This document shows positions 33,043 to 42,832 of a stretch of DNA of 64,000 nt, piece by piece (within the stretch, counting starts at the first letter, position 1; every line of letters begins with the position of its first letter). Origin of the DNA: Patescibacteria group bacterium. GTDB lineage: Bacteria; Patescibacteriota; Patescibacteriia; UBA11705; DATKZF01. The notes under the pieces are model-generated. The model did no database searches and was not told where the DNA came from. It saw only the letters and a program-made list of their open reading frames with translations. A program made the position numbers and the translations under genes. The DNA lies in the NCBI GenBank assembly GCA_049319825.1, contig JBMORT010000006.1, positions 299,641-363,640 of the forward strand, written 5' to 3'.

Positions 33043-34467
33043 ATGTTAAATCAACTGACAATCAAATCCGCTCGGCGCGGGCTGCGCGAAAAAGAATTTA
33101 CCTGCGCCGAATTGACGCAAGCTTGTTTGGATCAAATTGAAAAACGTCAGCCGGAAATAAACGCGTTTTTGACCGTAATGGCCGATGCCGCATTGGATAG
33201 AGCAAAATTTATTGATGATAAAATCGCCAAGGGCCAGGCTTTAAAAAGTCTGGAAGGCATACCGCTGGCCATCAAAGATAATATTTCAATTGACCGATAT
33301 CCGGCGACCGCCGCCTCGAAAATTTTGAGAAATTACGCGGCGCCATACAACGCCACGGTCATCGAGCAGCTCGAGGACCAAGGCGCGTTATTTTTAGGCA
33401 AGACGACTATGGATGAATTCGCCATGGGATCATCGGGTGAAAATTCGGCGTTTGGCAAGGCCAAGAATCCGTTTAACCCGGAGCGAGTTCCCGGCGGATC
33501 ATCGAGCGGCAGCGCGGCCGCCGTGGCCGACGATCAGTGTTTGGCCGCGCTGGGTTCGGATACCGGCGGATCCATCAGGCAGCCGGCCGCTTTTTGCGGC
33601 TGTGTGGGGCTTAAGCCGACATATGGCCGAGTTTCCAGGCACGGCCTGATGGCCATGGCTTCAAGTTTTGACCAGATCGGGCCGCTGGCCAAATCGGCCG
33701 AAGACGCAGCATTGCTGTTGCAGACGATCGCCGGCCATGACCGATTTGATTCCACTTCGATCGACCGTAAGGATGATTTTATGGACACTCTGGATAAACC
33801 GCTCAAGGGCCTGAAAATCGGCATTCCCGATGATAATTTTTTCGAAGGGCTGGACGCTCATGTTAAAGACGATTTTTCAGCGGCGTTCAGATTATTGGCG
33901 CAGTTGAAAGTCAAATTTAAGAAAATAGCGCTGCCAAATTTTAAGTATAGCCTGGCCGCATATTATATCTTAATGCCCGCGGAAGTTTCGTCTAATATGG
34001 CGCGCTTCGACGGCGTCAAGTTCGGCCTAAGGGAAAAAGGCGCGGCCAGTCTGGAGGAAATGTATAAAAAAACCAGAGCTTTCGGTTTTGGCGACGAAGT
34101 CAAGCGGCGCATCATGATCGGCACTTTTGTTTTATCCGAGGGCTATGCCGGAGCGTATTACAAGCAGGCGCAGAAAATCAGAACACTGATCAAGCATGAT
34201 TTTGATAACGCGTTTAAGAAAGTGGACGCGATAATTATGCCGACAACCCCGACTATCGCTTTTCGTTTCGGCGAAAAAACAGATGATCCGTTGCAGATGT
34301 ATTTGGCCGATATATTCACGGTTTCTGCCAATGTGGCCGGTATCCCGGCCATCAGCGTCCCCATGAATCAAGTCGGCGAATTTCCGACCGGATTGCAGAT
34401 ACTCGGCAATTATTTCGATGAGGCGACGATTTTGCGGATCGCTCATCATTTTGAAGAGGCGTTTTGA
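33043..34467 (+). CDS. gatA: Asp/Glu-tRNA amidotransferase subunit A
   Basis: IKDNI, PGGSSSGSA, GSDTGGSIRQP amidase signature. Confidence 0.97.
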   Translation: MLNQLTIKSARRGLREKEFTCAELTQACLDQIEKRQPEINAFLTVMADAALDRAKFIDDKIAKGQALKSLEGIPLAIKDNISIDRYPATAASKILRNYAAPYNATVIEQLEDQGALFLGKTTMDEFAMGSSGENSAFGKAKNPFNPERVPGGSSSGSAAAVADDQCLAALGSDTGGSIRQPAAFCGCVGLKPTYGRVSRHGLMAMASSFDQIGPLAKSAEDAALLLQTIAGHDRFDSTSIDRKDDFMDTLDKPLKGLKIGIPDDNFFEGLDAHVKDDFSAAFRLLAQLKVKFKKIALPNFKYSLAAYYILMPAEVSSNMARFDGVKFGLREKGAASLEEMYKKTRAFGFGDEVKRRIMIGTFVLSEGYAGAYYKQAQKIRTLIKHDFDNAFKKVDAIIMPTTPTIAFRFGEKTDDPLQMYLADIFTVSANVAGIPAISVPMNQVGEFPTGLQILGNYFDEATILRIAHHFEEAF

Positions 34468-34516
34468 TAATTAGCCAGTCGGCATCGGGCGGCAGGCATT
34501 GGTAAAGGGCAAAAAT

Positions 34517-34948
34517 ATGGATATTTCTTGGAAATTTTCTTGGCTAGACGTGATAATTTTATTGGTCATTTCCTTTATCGTGATAATGGCAATATTGATT
34601 TTTAAAAAAAGACCGCCGGAGGAAGTCGACGTGGAAAAGATAAAAAAGAAATGGAATGAGATCGAAGATTTAATTTCAAAAGACAATGAAACAATGTGGC
34701 GCGTGGCCGTTATCGAGGCCGATAAATTGCTTGATTTCGCTCTCAAAGGCATGATCATGCCCGGAGAAAATATGGGGCAGCGCCTTAAGTATGCTTCAGG
34801 CAAATACCCGAAAATTCAGCAGGTTTGGTGGGCGCATAAATTAAGAAATAATCTGGTGCATGAGCATGATATAAAATTGCGAAAAGGAGAAGCGGCCAAG
34901 GCGGTTAAAGCATTTGAGAGAGCGCTGAAGGTGTTGAATGTTTTATAA
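34517..34948 (+). CDS. Hypothetical membrane-anchored protein
   Basis: TM helix, then AVIEADKLLD..GENMGQRLK..AHKLRNNLVHE (HEPN-like RxxxxH). Confidence 0.7.
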   Translation: MDISWKFSWLDVIILLVISFIVIMAILIFKKRPPEEVDVEKIKKKWNEIEDLISKDNETMWRVAVIEADKLLDFALKGMIMPGENMGQRLKYASGKYPKIQQVWWAHKLRNNLVHEHDIKLRKGEAAKAVKAFERALKVLNVL

Positions 34949-35033
34949 AGAAGGCTTAAGGGGGCTTGAGGAGAAGAGAGGGCGATTGTGCGAGAAGGCT
35001 TGAGGGGAAGAGAGGGTATTAAAATAATTTTAT

Positions 35034-35429
35034 ATGAATGATAATGACGTAAAGAAAAATTTTTCTCATAAGAATATGGTTGTCTGGCAGAGTATTGATC
35101 AGTTAGATATGATTGTTCAGGATATTTTAAAAAATATTTCAAAAAATGAATTTAAAATTAGAAGTCAAATAGCTAATGCCTCTGATTCAATCGGCGCCAA
35201 CTTTGTTGAGGGGTATTATAGCGGATATATAGCCGAATACATCAGATTTTTGAGAATTAGCAAAAGATCAAATGGCGAATTACAAGAAAGAGTGCGTCGA
35301 GTTTTACGAAAAGGATACATTGATGATGATTTGTATAAACACTTCGAAGACCGCGCTATTAAAACGATGTATCTATTAGATAGAACGATCCAATCTTTAG
35401 AAGATAAGAAAGAAAAAGAGAACAAGTGA
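35034..35429 (+). CDS. Four-helix-bundle protein (23S rRNA IVP-like), intact
   Basis: KNMVVWQ..SQIANASDSIGANFVEGY..EYIRFLRISKRSNGE; flanked by facing AGAAGGCTT/AAGCCTTCT arrays. Confidence 0.9.
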   Translation: MNDNDVKKNFSHKNMVVWQSIDQLDMIVQDILKNISKNEFKIRSQIANASDSIGANFVEGYYSGYIAEYIRFLRISKRSNGELQERVRRVLRKGYIDDDLYKHFEDRAIKTMYLLDRTIQSLEDKKEKENK

Positions 35430-35491
35430 TTGCCCTCTTTACCTCTTTTCTTCATTGCCATCTTAAGCCTTCTCAAGCCTTATAAAAAAAA

Positions 35492-36025
35492 ATGAAAATA
35501 AAAATAAAAATTTTAAGTGGCTTGTTGATCGTCGCGGTTTTCGCGCCGGCCTTGATTTATGCCGGACAAATAAAACTGGCCACCAACGGCAATGTCTATT
35601 TGCGTGCGAAACAGCTGGATTGGAACACATATTATTTCGAGCCGAGGACATCGGGCCAGAGTTTGGATCAGCTGATGTTCACTTGGCAATTCGACGATGG
35701 CTTTGTATATCATGGAGCTGATTTTATGCGCAGTTTTGAACCCGGCCGCTACCAGCTGACGATGACCGCCACCGATTTGGCCGGACATTATTTTAATCAG
35801 CGGGCCGTCGTGGAGGTCACTTTTTGGTCGTTGTCAAATAAATGGTTTTGGGGCATTTTTTTCCTGATTATCATGATCTTCATCGTTTATTACTGGCTGA
35901 TTAAACTTATTTATCTGGCGAACAAAAAAAACATTGAGCGGCAGGTGGAAATTTTTTTGTCCGAGCTCGATCGCGTTCATTTCTGGAAAAATTTGTCACT
36001 GGCAATGAAGAAAAAAAATAATTAA
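35492..36025 (+). CDS. Membrane protein with a PKD-like domain
   Basis: Signal peptide, FTWQFDDG..PGRYQLTMTATD, one TM helix. Confidence 0.7.
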   Translation: MKIKIKILSGLLIVAVFAPALIYAGQIKLATNGNVYLRAKQLDWNTYYFEPRTSGQSLDQLMFTWQFDDGFVYHGADFMRSFEPGRYQLTMTATDLAGHYFNQRAVVEVTFWSLSNKWFWGIFFLIIMIFIVYYWLIKLIYLANKKNIERQVEIFLSELDRVHFWKNLSLAMKKKNN

Positions 36026-36033
36026 TCGAATAT

Positions 36034-36381
36034 ATGAGATTTATTTTAAAATGGTTATTTAATGCCGGCGGGTTATTGCTCGTCGCCTACACCGTTCCCG
36101 GCATTGAGGTGACTTCTTTCTACATCGCTTTGATTTTGGTTGTTGTTTTGGGAGTGGTCAACGCCCTGCTTGGCGGGTTGATTAAGCTTTTGACCCTGCC
36201 GCTGACAATTTTGACTTTGGGTTTGTTTAATTTGGTAGTGAACGGCCTGATGTTCTGGCTGGTATCAACCTTTATAAAAGGATTTGAAGTGAGCGGATTT
36301 TGGATCGCGGTTTTGGGCGCATTGTTGTATACTTTGGTGACGACTTTGACAGGATGGCTGCTTAAAAAAGAAGAGGACTAA
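36034..36381 (+). CDS. Phage holin family / YvlD-like membrane protein
   Basis: VPGIEV..LLTLPLTILTLGLF..VNG..GFEVSGF. Confidence 0.88.
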   Translation: MRFILKWLFNAGGLLLVAYTVPGIEVTSFYIALILVVVLGVVNALLGGLIKLLTLPLTILTLGLFNLVVNGLMFWLVSTFIKGFEVSGFWIAVLGALLYTLVTTLTGWLLKKEED

Positions 36382-36446
36382 CAATCCATCACATAGCATG
36401 GAGCAAAACGGAATTATTTCAATATTTTTAATCTTTATATAAATTT

Positions 36447-38129
36447 ATGCAGAAAAAGCAATTCCCCAGCCCGGAATTCGCGAGGCCGCCGATAGAAAAA
36501 GAGCTGCTTACACAGAGAAAAAGAGAAAAGCTTGATCGGCGCTATGACCATCTTTTAGCTGAACGAGACGGACTTTATAAAGAACTGGAAAAATATAGCG
36601 TCAGGGATTACCAAATCATTTTTAATCCTGGAATAATAAGTGAAAAAGAATTTAGGGAATTAACTGATGATTGGATAAAAAAAACAAGAGAGCAAACTGA
36701 ATTTTTTTCAATCCTCGATCGGCTAGGAATCGAAATTTTTACCGATGATTTAGATAAGCAACCTGGTTTCAAGGATGTCAATATCGTTTTTGATTCGAAA
36801 GAAATAGAAGAGAAGATGATTGTTGATTTGCAAGAATACGGAGGTTATACACGCAGGGATGTGCCAAGGATCGATATTGCTTTGCCCAAGCCAAATTTAC
36901 TGGAACAAATGCATCGTTTTTATAGTGAGGGCACATTGCCCGATGCAGTTTTAATATTAATTCATGAATTGATTCATCGTTACCACTTTAGAGAAAATAT
37001 GAACACGGAAGTCATATTGACTGAAGCTCAGGCTTATGCATCTGGTTTATTGGATAGTGGCACACAATTCAGCTTGATAAGTATTGCATCTGCCTTGGCT
37101 CTGCCCGAGAAGGAAAAGGGTTTATACCAATTTGATGTCGACAAGATAATCGAGGCTTTAAGGACCATTATTGGGTTGTCATCATTAGGGAAAAAGCAGG
37201 ATGAAATTGCAGAATTGGTGGCTACGTCGCGTTTTGATTATAAGAAAAAGATGTTTATACCGCTTACCGAAGAATATTTAAAATTAAAAGAAAAATATAA
37301 ATTGGATGAGAATGATTTGCAGGCTTTAGACGATATTTACCGTCTGCATGTAAATAACCAGAGACTGAAGGCTCGGCTTGCTCTATTCCAGACCTTATCG
37401 GAAAAGTATTCCAAAGAAGAACTGGTTGAAGTAAAGAAAACAATAATAAAGAAAATTATCGCCCGGCCGGATTACTATGTTGCTGGTAAAAAAGTGCCGG
37501 CATTAGATATGATGCAAAGATGGGTTTGTCCGCTTACTTCAGATTTTCCATACGAACCAGACGGAAAAAGGACCGGAATAATATTTGGATTATTTGGAGA
37601 TATTTCAAAATCACCACATTTTGAAATTGGCAGACTTGAAGCTGAGGGAAGAGATTCAAAGCTTGAGTTAGCCCAGACTGACGAAGAAGTTAATAAATAT
37701 TTGGATTTGTTGTCAAAGTATTTTAAAAATATATCATTTGAGCAAAAGGATTTATTATTTCGGGAATATGTGGCTAATGGTATTTATTACGAACCAAAAG
37801 GGATTGCTAGTCAAATTATAAAGATTCTTTTCAATCAAGAAGAGAAAAAATCATTCATACTAGGATTAACACCTCCATTTATGGAAAAAATTAAAATTGT
37901 GGAAATAGAATTAGATAAGATGAATGAATTTTTTAACTCCCATGGCTATATTCAGAAAAAAAACATACGCAATTTTGGCGAATATGAGGCAATTCTTGAT
38001 TTCTCATGGATCGAGGAATTATTAGACATAGAAATAGAAAATATTGACGCTTCTTTTAGCGATTATGTCGATACAGTAAAAAGGAAAATTAATGAGTTGA
38101 AGGCAAAAGCACTGCGAAAAGTGGCTTAA
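36447..38129 (+). CDS. Hypothetical protein with HExxH motif (possible zinc metallopeptidase), AT-rich
   Basis: LIHELIHRYH..TEAQAY. Confidence 0.6.
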   Translation: MQKKQFPSPEFARPPIEKELLTQRKREKLDRRYDHLLAERDGLYKELEKYSVRDYQIIFNPGIISEKEFRELTDDWIKKTREQTEFFSILDRLGIEIFTDDLDKQPGFKDVNIVFDSKEIEEKMIVDLQEYGGYTRRDVPRIDIALPKPNLLEQMHRFYSEGTLPDAVLILIHELIHRYHFRENMNTEVILTEAQAYASGLLDSGTQFSLISIASALALPEKEKGLYQFDVDKIIEALRTIIGLSSLGKKQDEIAELVATSRFDYKKKMFIPLTEEYLKLKEKYKLDENDLQALDDIYRLHVNNQRLKARLALFQTLSEKYSKEELVEVKKTIIKKIIARPDYYVAGKKVPALDMMQRWVCPLTSDFPYEPDGKRTGIIFGLFGDISKSPHFEIGRLEAEGRDSKLELAQTDEEVNKYLDLLSKYFKNISFEQKDLLFREYVANGIYYEPKGIASQIIKILFNQEEKKSFILGLTPPFMEKIKIVEIELDKMNEFFNSHGYIQKKNIRNFGEYEAILDFSWIEELLDIEIENIDASFSDYVDTVKRKINELKAKALRKVA

Positions 38130-38132
38130 AAT

Positions 38133-38666
38133 ATGAATAAGGTATTATTACACACCTGCTGCGCTCCCTGCGGCGGTTATGTCATTGAAAAATTGAAAGA
38201 AATGGGTTACGATGTAACTGCTTTTTTTTATAATCCCAATATTTTTCCGAAAGAAGAATATGATTTGCGGCTGAACGAAGTCAAAAAGTATTGCGACAAA
38301 TATAAAATCGAATTAATTGAGGGCGAATATAATCACGAAGCTTGGCTTGATAAAGTCAAGGGATTGGAAAATGAGCCAGAAAAAGGCCAGCGCTGCGAAG
38401 TTGATTTTACTTTAAGATTGAGCGAAACCGCGCAAACCGCTCAGGAAAAAGGGTTTGAAGCCATGGCGACAACTTTAACGATCAGTCCGCATAAGCCGGC
38501 GGAAATAATAAACGAAATCGGCCGTGAAACGGCTGATATGTATGGATTGAAGTTTATTGATAATGTCTGGAGAAAAGGCGAAGGCTTTAAAAAATCTTGC
38601 GAGCTTTGCGAGAAAGAGCATTTCCATCGGCAGAATTATTGCGGGTGCGAGTTCTCGAAAGAATGA
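38133..38666 (+). CDS. queH: Epoxyqueuosine reductase QueH (DUF208)
   Basis: LLHTCCAPC, YNPNI, EPEKGQRC, ISPHK, RQNYCGC. Confidence 0.9.
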   Translation: MNKVLLHTCCAPCGGYVIEKLKEMGYDVTAFFYNPNIFPKEEYDLRLNEVKKYCDKYKIELIEGEYNHEAWLDKVKGLENEPEKGQRCEVDFTLRLSETAQTAQEKGFEAMATTLTISPHKPAEIINEIGRETADMYGLKFIDNVWRKGEGFKKSCELCEKEHFHRQNYCGCEFSKE

Positions 38667-38667
38667 G

Positions 38668-38778
38668 GTTACAAGATTACAAGATCTATAATACAAGATA
38701 GTACAGATTACGAGATGTATAAGATTCCAAATATTCCGTATCTTGTAAATCTTGTACACGAGATCTTGTAATCTTGTC
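38668..38778. repeat. Facing TTACAAGAT / ATCTTGTAA arrays (empty element)
   Basis: Left: ttacaagattacaagat..tacaagat. Right: atcttgtaaatcttgtac..atcttgtaatcttgt. Confidence 0.75.
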
Positions 38779-38786
38779 GATTCAAT

Positions 38787-40769
38787 ATGTCGATAGATTT
38801 TCAGAGAGAATTAAACCGAGAACAATACCGGGTCGTCACTGAAGCTGACGGGCCGGCTTTGGTTTTGGCCGGAGCGGGTAGCGGCAAGACTCGAACGTTG
38901 GTTTATCGAGTGGCGTATTTGATTGAAAAAGGCGTCAGCCCGGAAAATATATTGCTGGTGACTTTTACCAATAAAGCGGCGAATGAAATGACTGCGCGGA
39001 TTAAAAATCTTTTGGGTTTCGAGCCGAAAAAATTCTGGGCCGGGACTTTTCACCATGTCGGCAATTTAATTTTGCGAAAATACGCCGATAAACTTGGGTA
39101 TAAGCAGAATTTTAATATTTTGGACGAGGAAGATTCAATTTCACTGCTAAAGGCAGTATATGAAGATTTTGGAATTAAGACCAAAGGCCATGACTTCCCC
39201 AAGCCGGATTTGGTAAAAAAAATAATTTCGTACGCCTTTAACACACATCGCTCAGTGCTGGAAATCGCCGAACAGAATTACGGCTATGCGGACTTTGTCA
39301 GCCACCGGATCGATGATATCGCTGTCGCGTATGAGGAGAAAAAGAAGCTGGCCAATGTCATGGATTTCGATGATTTGCTGACCAAATGGCTCGAGCTTTT
39401 AAAAATAAATAAAGAAGCCAAAGAGCGGTTCGCCAAGCAGTTTCAGTATATTTTGGTTGACGAGTATCAGGATACCAACCATATTCAGGCGGAAATCATG
39501 TATGAGCTGGCTTCGGTTCATCATAATATATTGGTTGTCGGCGATGATTCTCAAAGCATTTATTCTTTTCGTGCCGCTGACATTAAAAATATCTTAAATT
39601 TTCCGAACAAATTTTCAAAGGTGAAAATTTACAAACTCGAGACCAATTATCGCTGTACGCCGCAAATTTTGGATCTGGCCAATGAAAGCATTAAAAACAA
39701 TAAAGACCAATTTAAAAAAATATTGAACACCAATAAAGAAGACGGCATCTTGCCGATTTTGATCCCGGCTCGTGACGCGTACCAGCAAGCCAGCATGGTG
39801 GCCAATCGAGTAATTGAAATTCATGATGATAAAAGCAGAGCTTATCGAGACATGGCCGTTCTGTTTCGCTCGACTTACCAATCGGCGGAGCTGCAGCTGG
39901 AATTAAGTAAAAGGAACGTGCCCTATGTCGTTCGCGGCGGTTTAAGATATTTCGAGCAGGCGCACATTAAGGACATTGTTTCCTATCTTAAAATTTTATC
40001 TAATTTCAGAGACGAATTGTCTTGGCTGAGGCTGCTGAAGATGCGCGAAGGCATCGGTCCGGCCAGCGCTAAGAAAATTTGGGATAAGCTGAAAAAATTC
40101 AGTTCGCTGCGTGAGGCGCTGGAAATAAAAATTCAGGTGGGTTCGAGAGCCGAGGCCAGCTGGAGATATTTATCGCATATTTTTTCAGAGCTGCTGAATT
40201 TTAAAGAAGCGCACGGCGATAATTTGGCGAAGATGATCAAATATGTTTTGGATGTTGATTATAAAGAGTATGCGCAAAATACTTTTGAAAATTATCGAGA
40301 CAGGCTCGATGACATTAGGCAATTGATGAATTTTGTGATCACATATGACAGTCTGGAAACTCTACTGTCAGATATTATGCTCAGCGAAAGCTATCGAAAT
40401 GTTGAGGAAGAAGAAAGAGACGAAGTGGTTTTGTCGACTATTCATCAGGCAAAGGGATTGGAATGGCCGTATGTGATCATTATCGGCCTCAATGACGGCG
40501 CATTCCCTCATTACAAATCATTGGAGAACAAATCCCAGCTCGAAGAAGAACGCCGGCTTTTTTACGTGGCGGTCACGCGGGCAAAGGATGAGCTGGCCAT
40601 GACTTTTCCCATTAAAACAATCAGCTATGAATACGGAGAAATAATCAATAAACCTTCGATGTTTTTGCGTGAGGTTGACCCGTCGCTTTATGTGACCGTT
40701 GGCGGCGATGATTATTTTAATGAATATTTCGGTGAAGATGAAGCCGAACAGGTGATTTATTACGATTAG
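38787..40769 (+). CDS. pcrA: UvrD/PcrA family ATP-dependent DNA helicase
   Basis: AGAGSGKT, TFTNKAA, DEYQD, VGDDSQSIY, AKGLEW, EERRLFYVAVTRA. Confidence 0.9.
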   Translation: MSIDFQRELNREQYRVVTEADGPALVLAGAGSGKTRTLVYRVAYLIEKGVSPENILLVTFTNKAANEMTARIKNLLGFEPKKFWAGTFHHVGNLILRKYADKLGYKQNFNILDEEDSISLLKAVYEDFGIKTKGHDFPKPDLVKKIISYAFNTHRSVLEIAEQNYGYADFVSHRIDDIAVAYEEKKKLANVMDFDDLLTKWLELLKINKEAKERFAKQFQYILVDEYQDTNHIQAEIMYELASVHHNILVVGDDSQSIYSFRAADIKNILNFPNKFSKVKIYKLETNYRCTPQILDLANESIKNNKDQFKKILNTNKEDGILPILIPARDAYQQASMVANRVIEIHDDKSRAYRDMAVLFRSTYQSAELQLELSKRNVPYVVRGGLRYFEQAHIKDIVSYLKILSNFRDELSWLRLLKMREGIGPASAKKIWDKLKKFSSLREALEIKIQVGSRAEASWRYLSHIFSELLNFKEAHGDNLAKMIKYVLDVDYKEYAQNTFENYRDRLDDIRQLMNFVITYDSLETLLSDIMLSESYRNVEEEERDEVVLSTIHQAKGLEWPYVIIIGLNDGAFPHYKSLENKSQLEEERRLFYVAVTRAKDELAMTFPIKTISYEYGEIINKPSMFLREVDPSLYVTVGGDDYFNEYFGEDEAEQVIYYD

Positions 40770-40924
40770 CCGCGAAGGCGCAAGGATTGTCGGAACATGG
40801 CAATGCCCTGTTCTGCGAAATCGCGCCTGCGCGGCGTTTTTTTTGCGGCCGCATCGGGATTTGACAAAATCCGATACGATAATTACCATAAAATGGTTAT
40901 GTGTTAAAAATCAAGGAGGGGGAA

Positions 40925-41563
40925 ATGGAATGGTTGAATATCCTGCCGAGATTGCTGCAATTCATGTTGCTTCTCGGATTTGTTATTGAATGGATTTCAC
41001 TGGCCCATAATCATCATCGGCTGGTTCGGGTTGGGGAAACGCTATTTAGCGTTGCCGCTCTGATTCTGACTTTGCTTTTTTTAAATCATCCGACCGGTGA
41101 AGCTCAGCTGATGGCGCTGGCTTTCATCGTCATGATTATCGGCAATTCGCTGATCGTTCGTCGTCAAATGAGAAAATTCGTTTTTCGAATTTTGGTGACC
41201 GGAGTCAAAGACGATCTGGTCTCTTTTCTCAGCAAATATGATTTGTCCATTAAATCTCAGGAGAGGGAATTACAAGACGGTTCAACCGTTCTTTTTGCCC
41301 ATTTGATCAGAGGATCCAAGCCTGAATTTGAAATTTTACCGGAAGTCGTGCTCAATCTTTCGGCTGCGCCCGATAGAAGAATCTGGCAACTGTGTTTGGT
41401 CACGGCTTTTGGCATCAGAGAAGAAACGATTCTGAGCATTGTTCGGGAAATGGGCGTATTTCGAGACTGTGAGTCCATTTATTATCATATGCAGTTTCAG
41501 TCGGGCGTACATTTGATTCATCTTCTCGATTTTCAGCCGTCAAACTGGAATTTATCCGGGTAA
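40925..41563 (+). CDS. Hypothetical protein with three N-terminal TM helices
   Basis: AAGGAGGGG SD; TTGACA-17-TACCAT promoter at 40861-40889. Confidence 0.65.
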   Translation: MEWLNILPRLLQFMLLLGFVIEWISLAHNHHRLVRVGETLFSVAALILTLLFLNHPTGEAQLMALAFIVMIIGNSLIVRRQMRKFVFRILVTGVKDDLVSFLSKYDLSIKSQERELQDGSTVLFAHLIRGSKPEFEILPEVVLNLSAAPDRRIWQLCLVTAFGIREETILSIVREMGVFRDCESIYYHMQFQSGVHLIHLLDFQPSNWNLSG

Positions 41564-41698
41564 CACTTACTCGGTTTTTTGTTGGTTGAAAATTTGCTAA
41601 AATGATAAAGGCTGCGGATTCACGCCTATAGAGGATCCACACATGACCGATAACTATCAATTCGTAATATCCATGGAAATCCGCGGATCAGAAATCAT

Positions 41699-42316
41699 AT
41701 GAATAAATTCATTGCCATTGCCGGCAACATCGGAGTGGGGAAAACCACATTATCGAAAAGACTGGCTGAATTTTTTGGCGGTTCTGTCAGTTTGGAGCCG
41801 TTTGAAGAAAATCCCTATTTAAAAGATTTTTACAATGACATGAAAGCCTGGGCTTTTCATTCGCAAATGTTTTTTTTGGGAAAAAAACTCGAGAATCATT
41901 TAGCCACCGCGCAGAATCCCGGATTTAAAATTCAAGACCGGAGCATTTATGAAGATGCAGAGGTTTTTGCGAAAAATTTGTATCGGAGCGGATTGATTTT
42001 GGAAAGAGACTGGCAGGTTTACTGGCGGGTTTACAAAACCGGCTTAAAGATTTTGCCGCCGCCGGATTTGATAATTTATTTGAAGGCGTCGGTGGATACG
42101 GTGATGCGGCGGATCAAAAAGCGCGGCCGGGATTTTGAAGAGAAAATGCCGAGAGAATATATAGATAATTTGAACAAACTATATGAAGAATGGACCAGCG
42201 GTTTTCAAAAGTCTCCCATTCTGACAGTTGATTACGATAAAGTTGATTTAAAGCATAATCCTGAAGATTTCAATGATTTTATTAAAACGGTTGGAGCTAT
42301 TATCGGTGGACATTGA
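41699..42316 (+). CDS. Deoxynucleoside kinase
   Basis: GNIGVGKTT, DRSIYED, PDLIIYL, RIKKRGR. Confidence 0.93.
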   Translation: MNKFIAIAGNIGVGKTTLSKRLAEFFGGSVSLEPFEENPYLKDFYNDMKAWAFHSQMFFLGKKLENHLATAQNPGFKIQDRSIYEDAEVFAKNLYRSGLILERDWQVYWRVYKTGLKILPPPDLIIYLKASVDTVMRRIKKRGRDFEEKMPREYIDNLNKLYEEWTSGFQKSPILTVDYDKVDLKHNPEDFNDFIKTVGAIIGGH

Positions 42317-42436
42317 TATCATTTTTTTATTTTATGGTATAATAATAAAGCGAGACTAGTGCGACTAGTACTACAAGCACATAAATACTTGTCGCACTTG
42401 TTTTACTTGTCTTGCCTGTCGCACTTATTTAGAATT

Positions 42437-42820
42437 ATGGAACAAAGTTTATTTTTAAAATCACTCAAATTCTTCTTCAAAGACCTGGTGGGAGATATTT
42501 TTTATTTTCCGGTTTGGTGGTACACCAAGGGTTTGGCCAAAGGCTGGCGGAGATTCTCCGGCACGCTGCGATCAGCCAATGAAAGCCTGGGTCTGACCAT
42601 TTGGATTAAAAATTTATTTACACCCATGTTCGGACAAACCGATTGGCAGGGCCGGCTGGTCAGTTTTTTTATGAGATTGTTTCAAATAATTTTTCGATCG
42701 CTCATATTTTTCGGCTGGCTGGTTTTCGCCCTCATCATTTTTATCATCCGCACATTGTTCCCGATATTGGTCGTTTACATGATTTTATTTAATTTGGGAT
42801 TAACATTGTTTAAGCTGTAA
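42437..42820 (+). CDS. Hypothetical membrane protein
   Basis: YFPVWWY..KNLFTPMFGQ.DWQGR..SFFMR; start moved past the repeat array. Confidence 0.75.
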   Translation: MEQSLFLKSLKFFFKDLVGDIFYFPVWWYTKGLAKGWRRFSGTLRSANESLGLTIWIKNLFTPMFGQTDWQGRLVSFFMRLFQIIFRSLIFFGWLVFALIIFIIRTLFPILVVYMILFNLGLTLFKL

Positions 42821-42832
42821 AAATCAAAAAAC

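Noticed and set aside
35034-35429. Four-helix-bundle gene as DGR Avd or part of a 23S intervening sequence
   Set aside because: No RT, template repeat or rRNA adjacent.
36034-36381. Holin-family gene as prophage evidence
   Set aside because: YvlD-like proteins are common chromosomal genes; no phage structural genes or integrase nearby.
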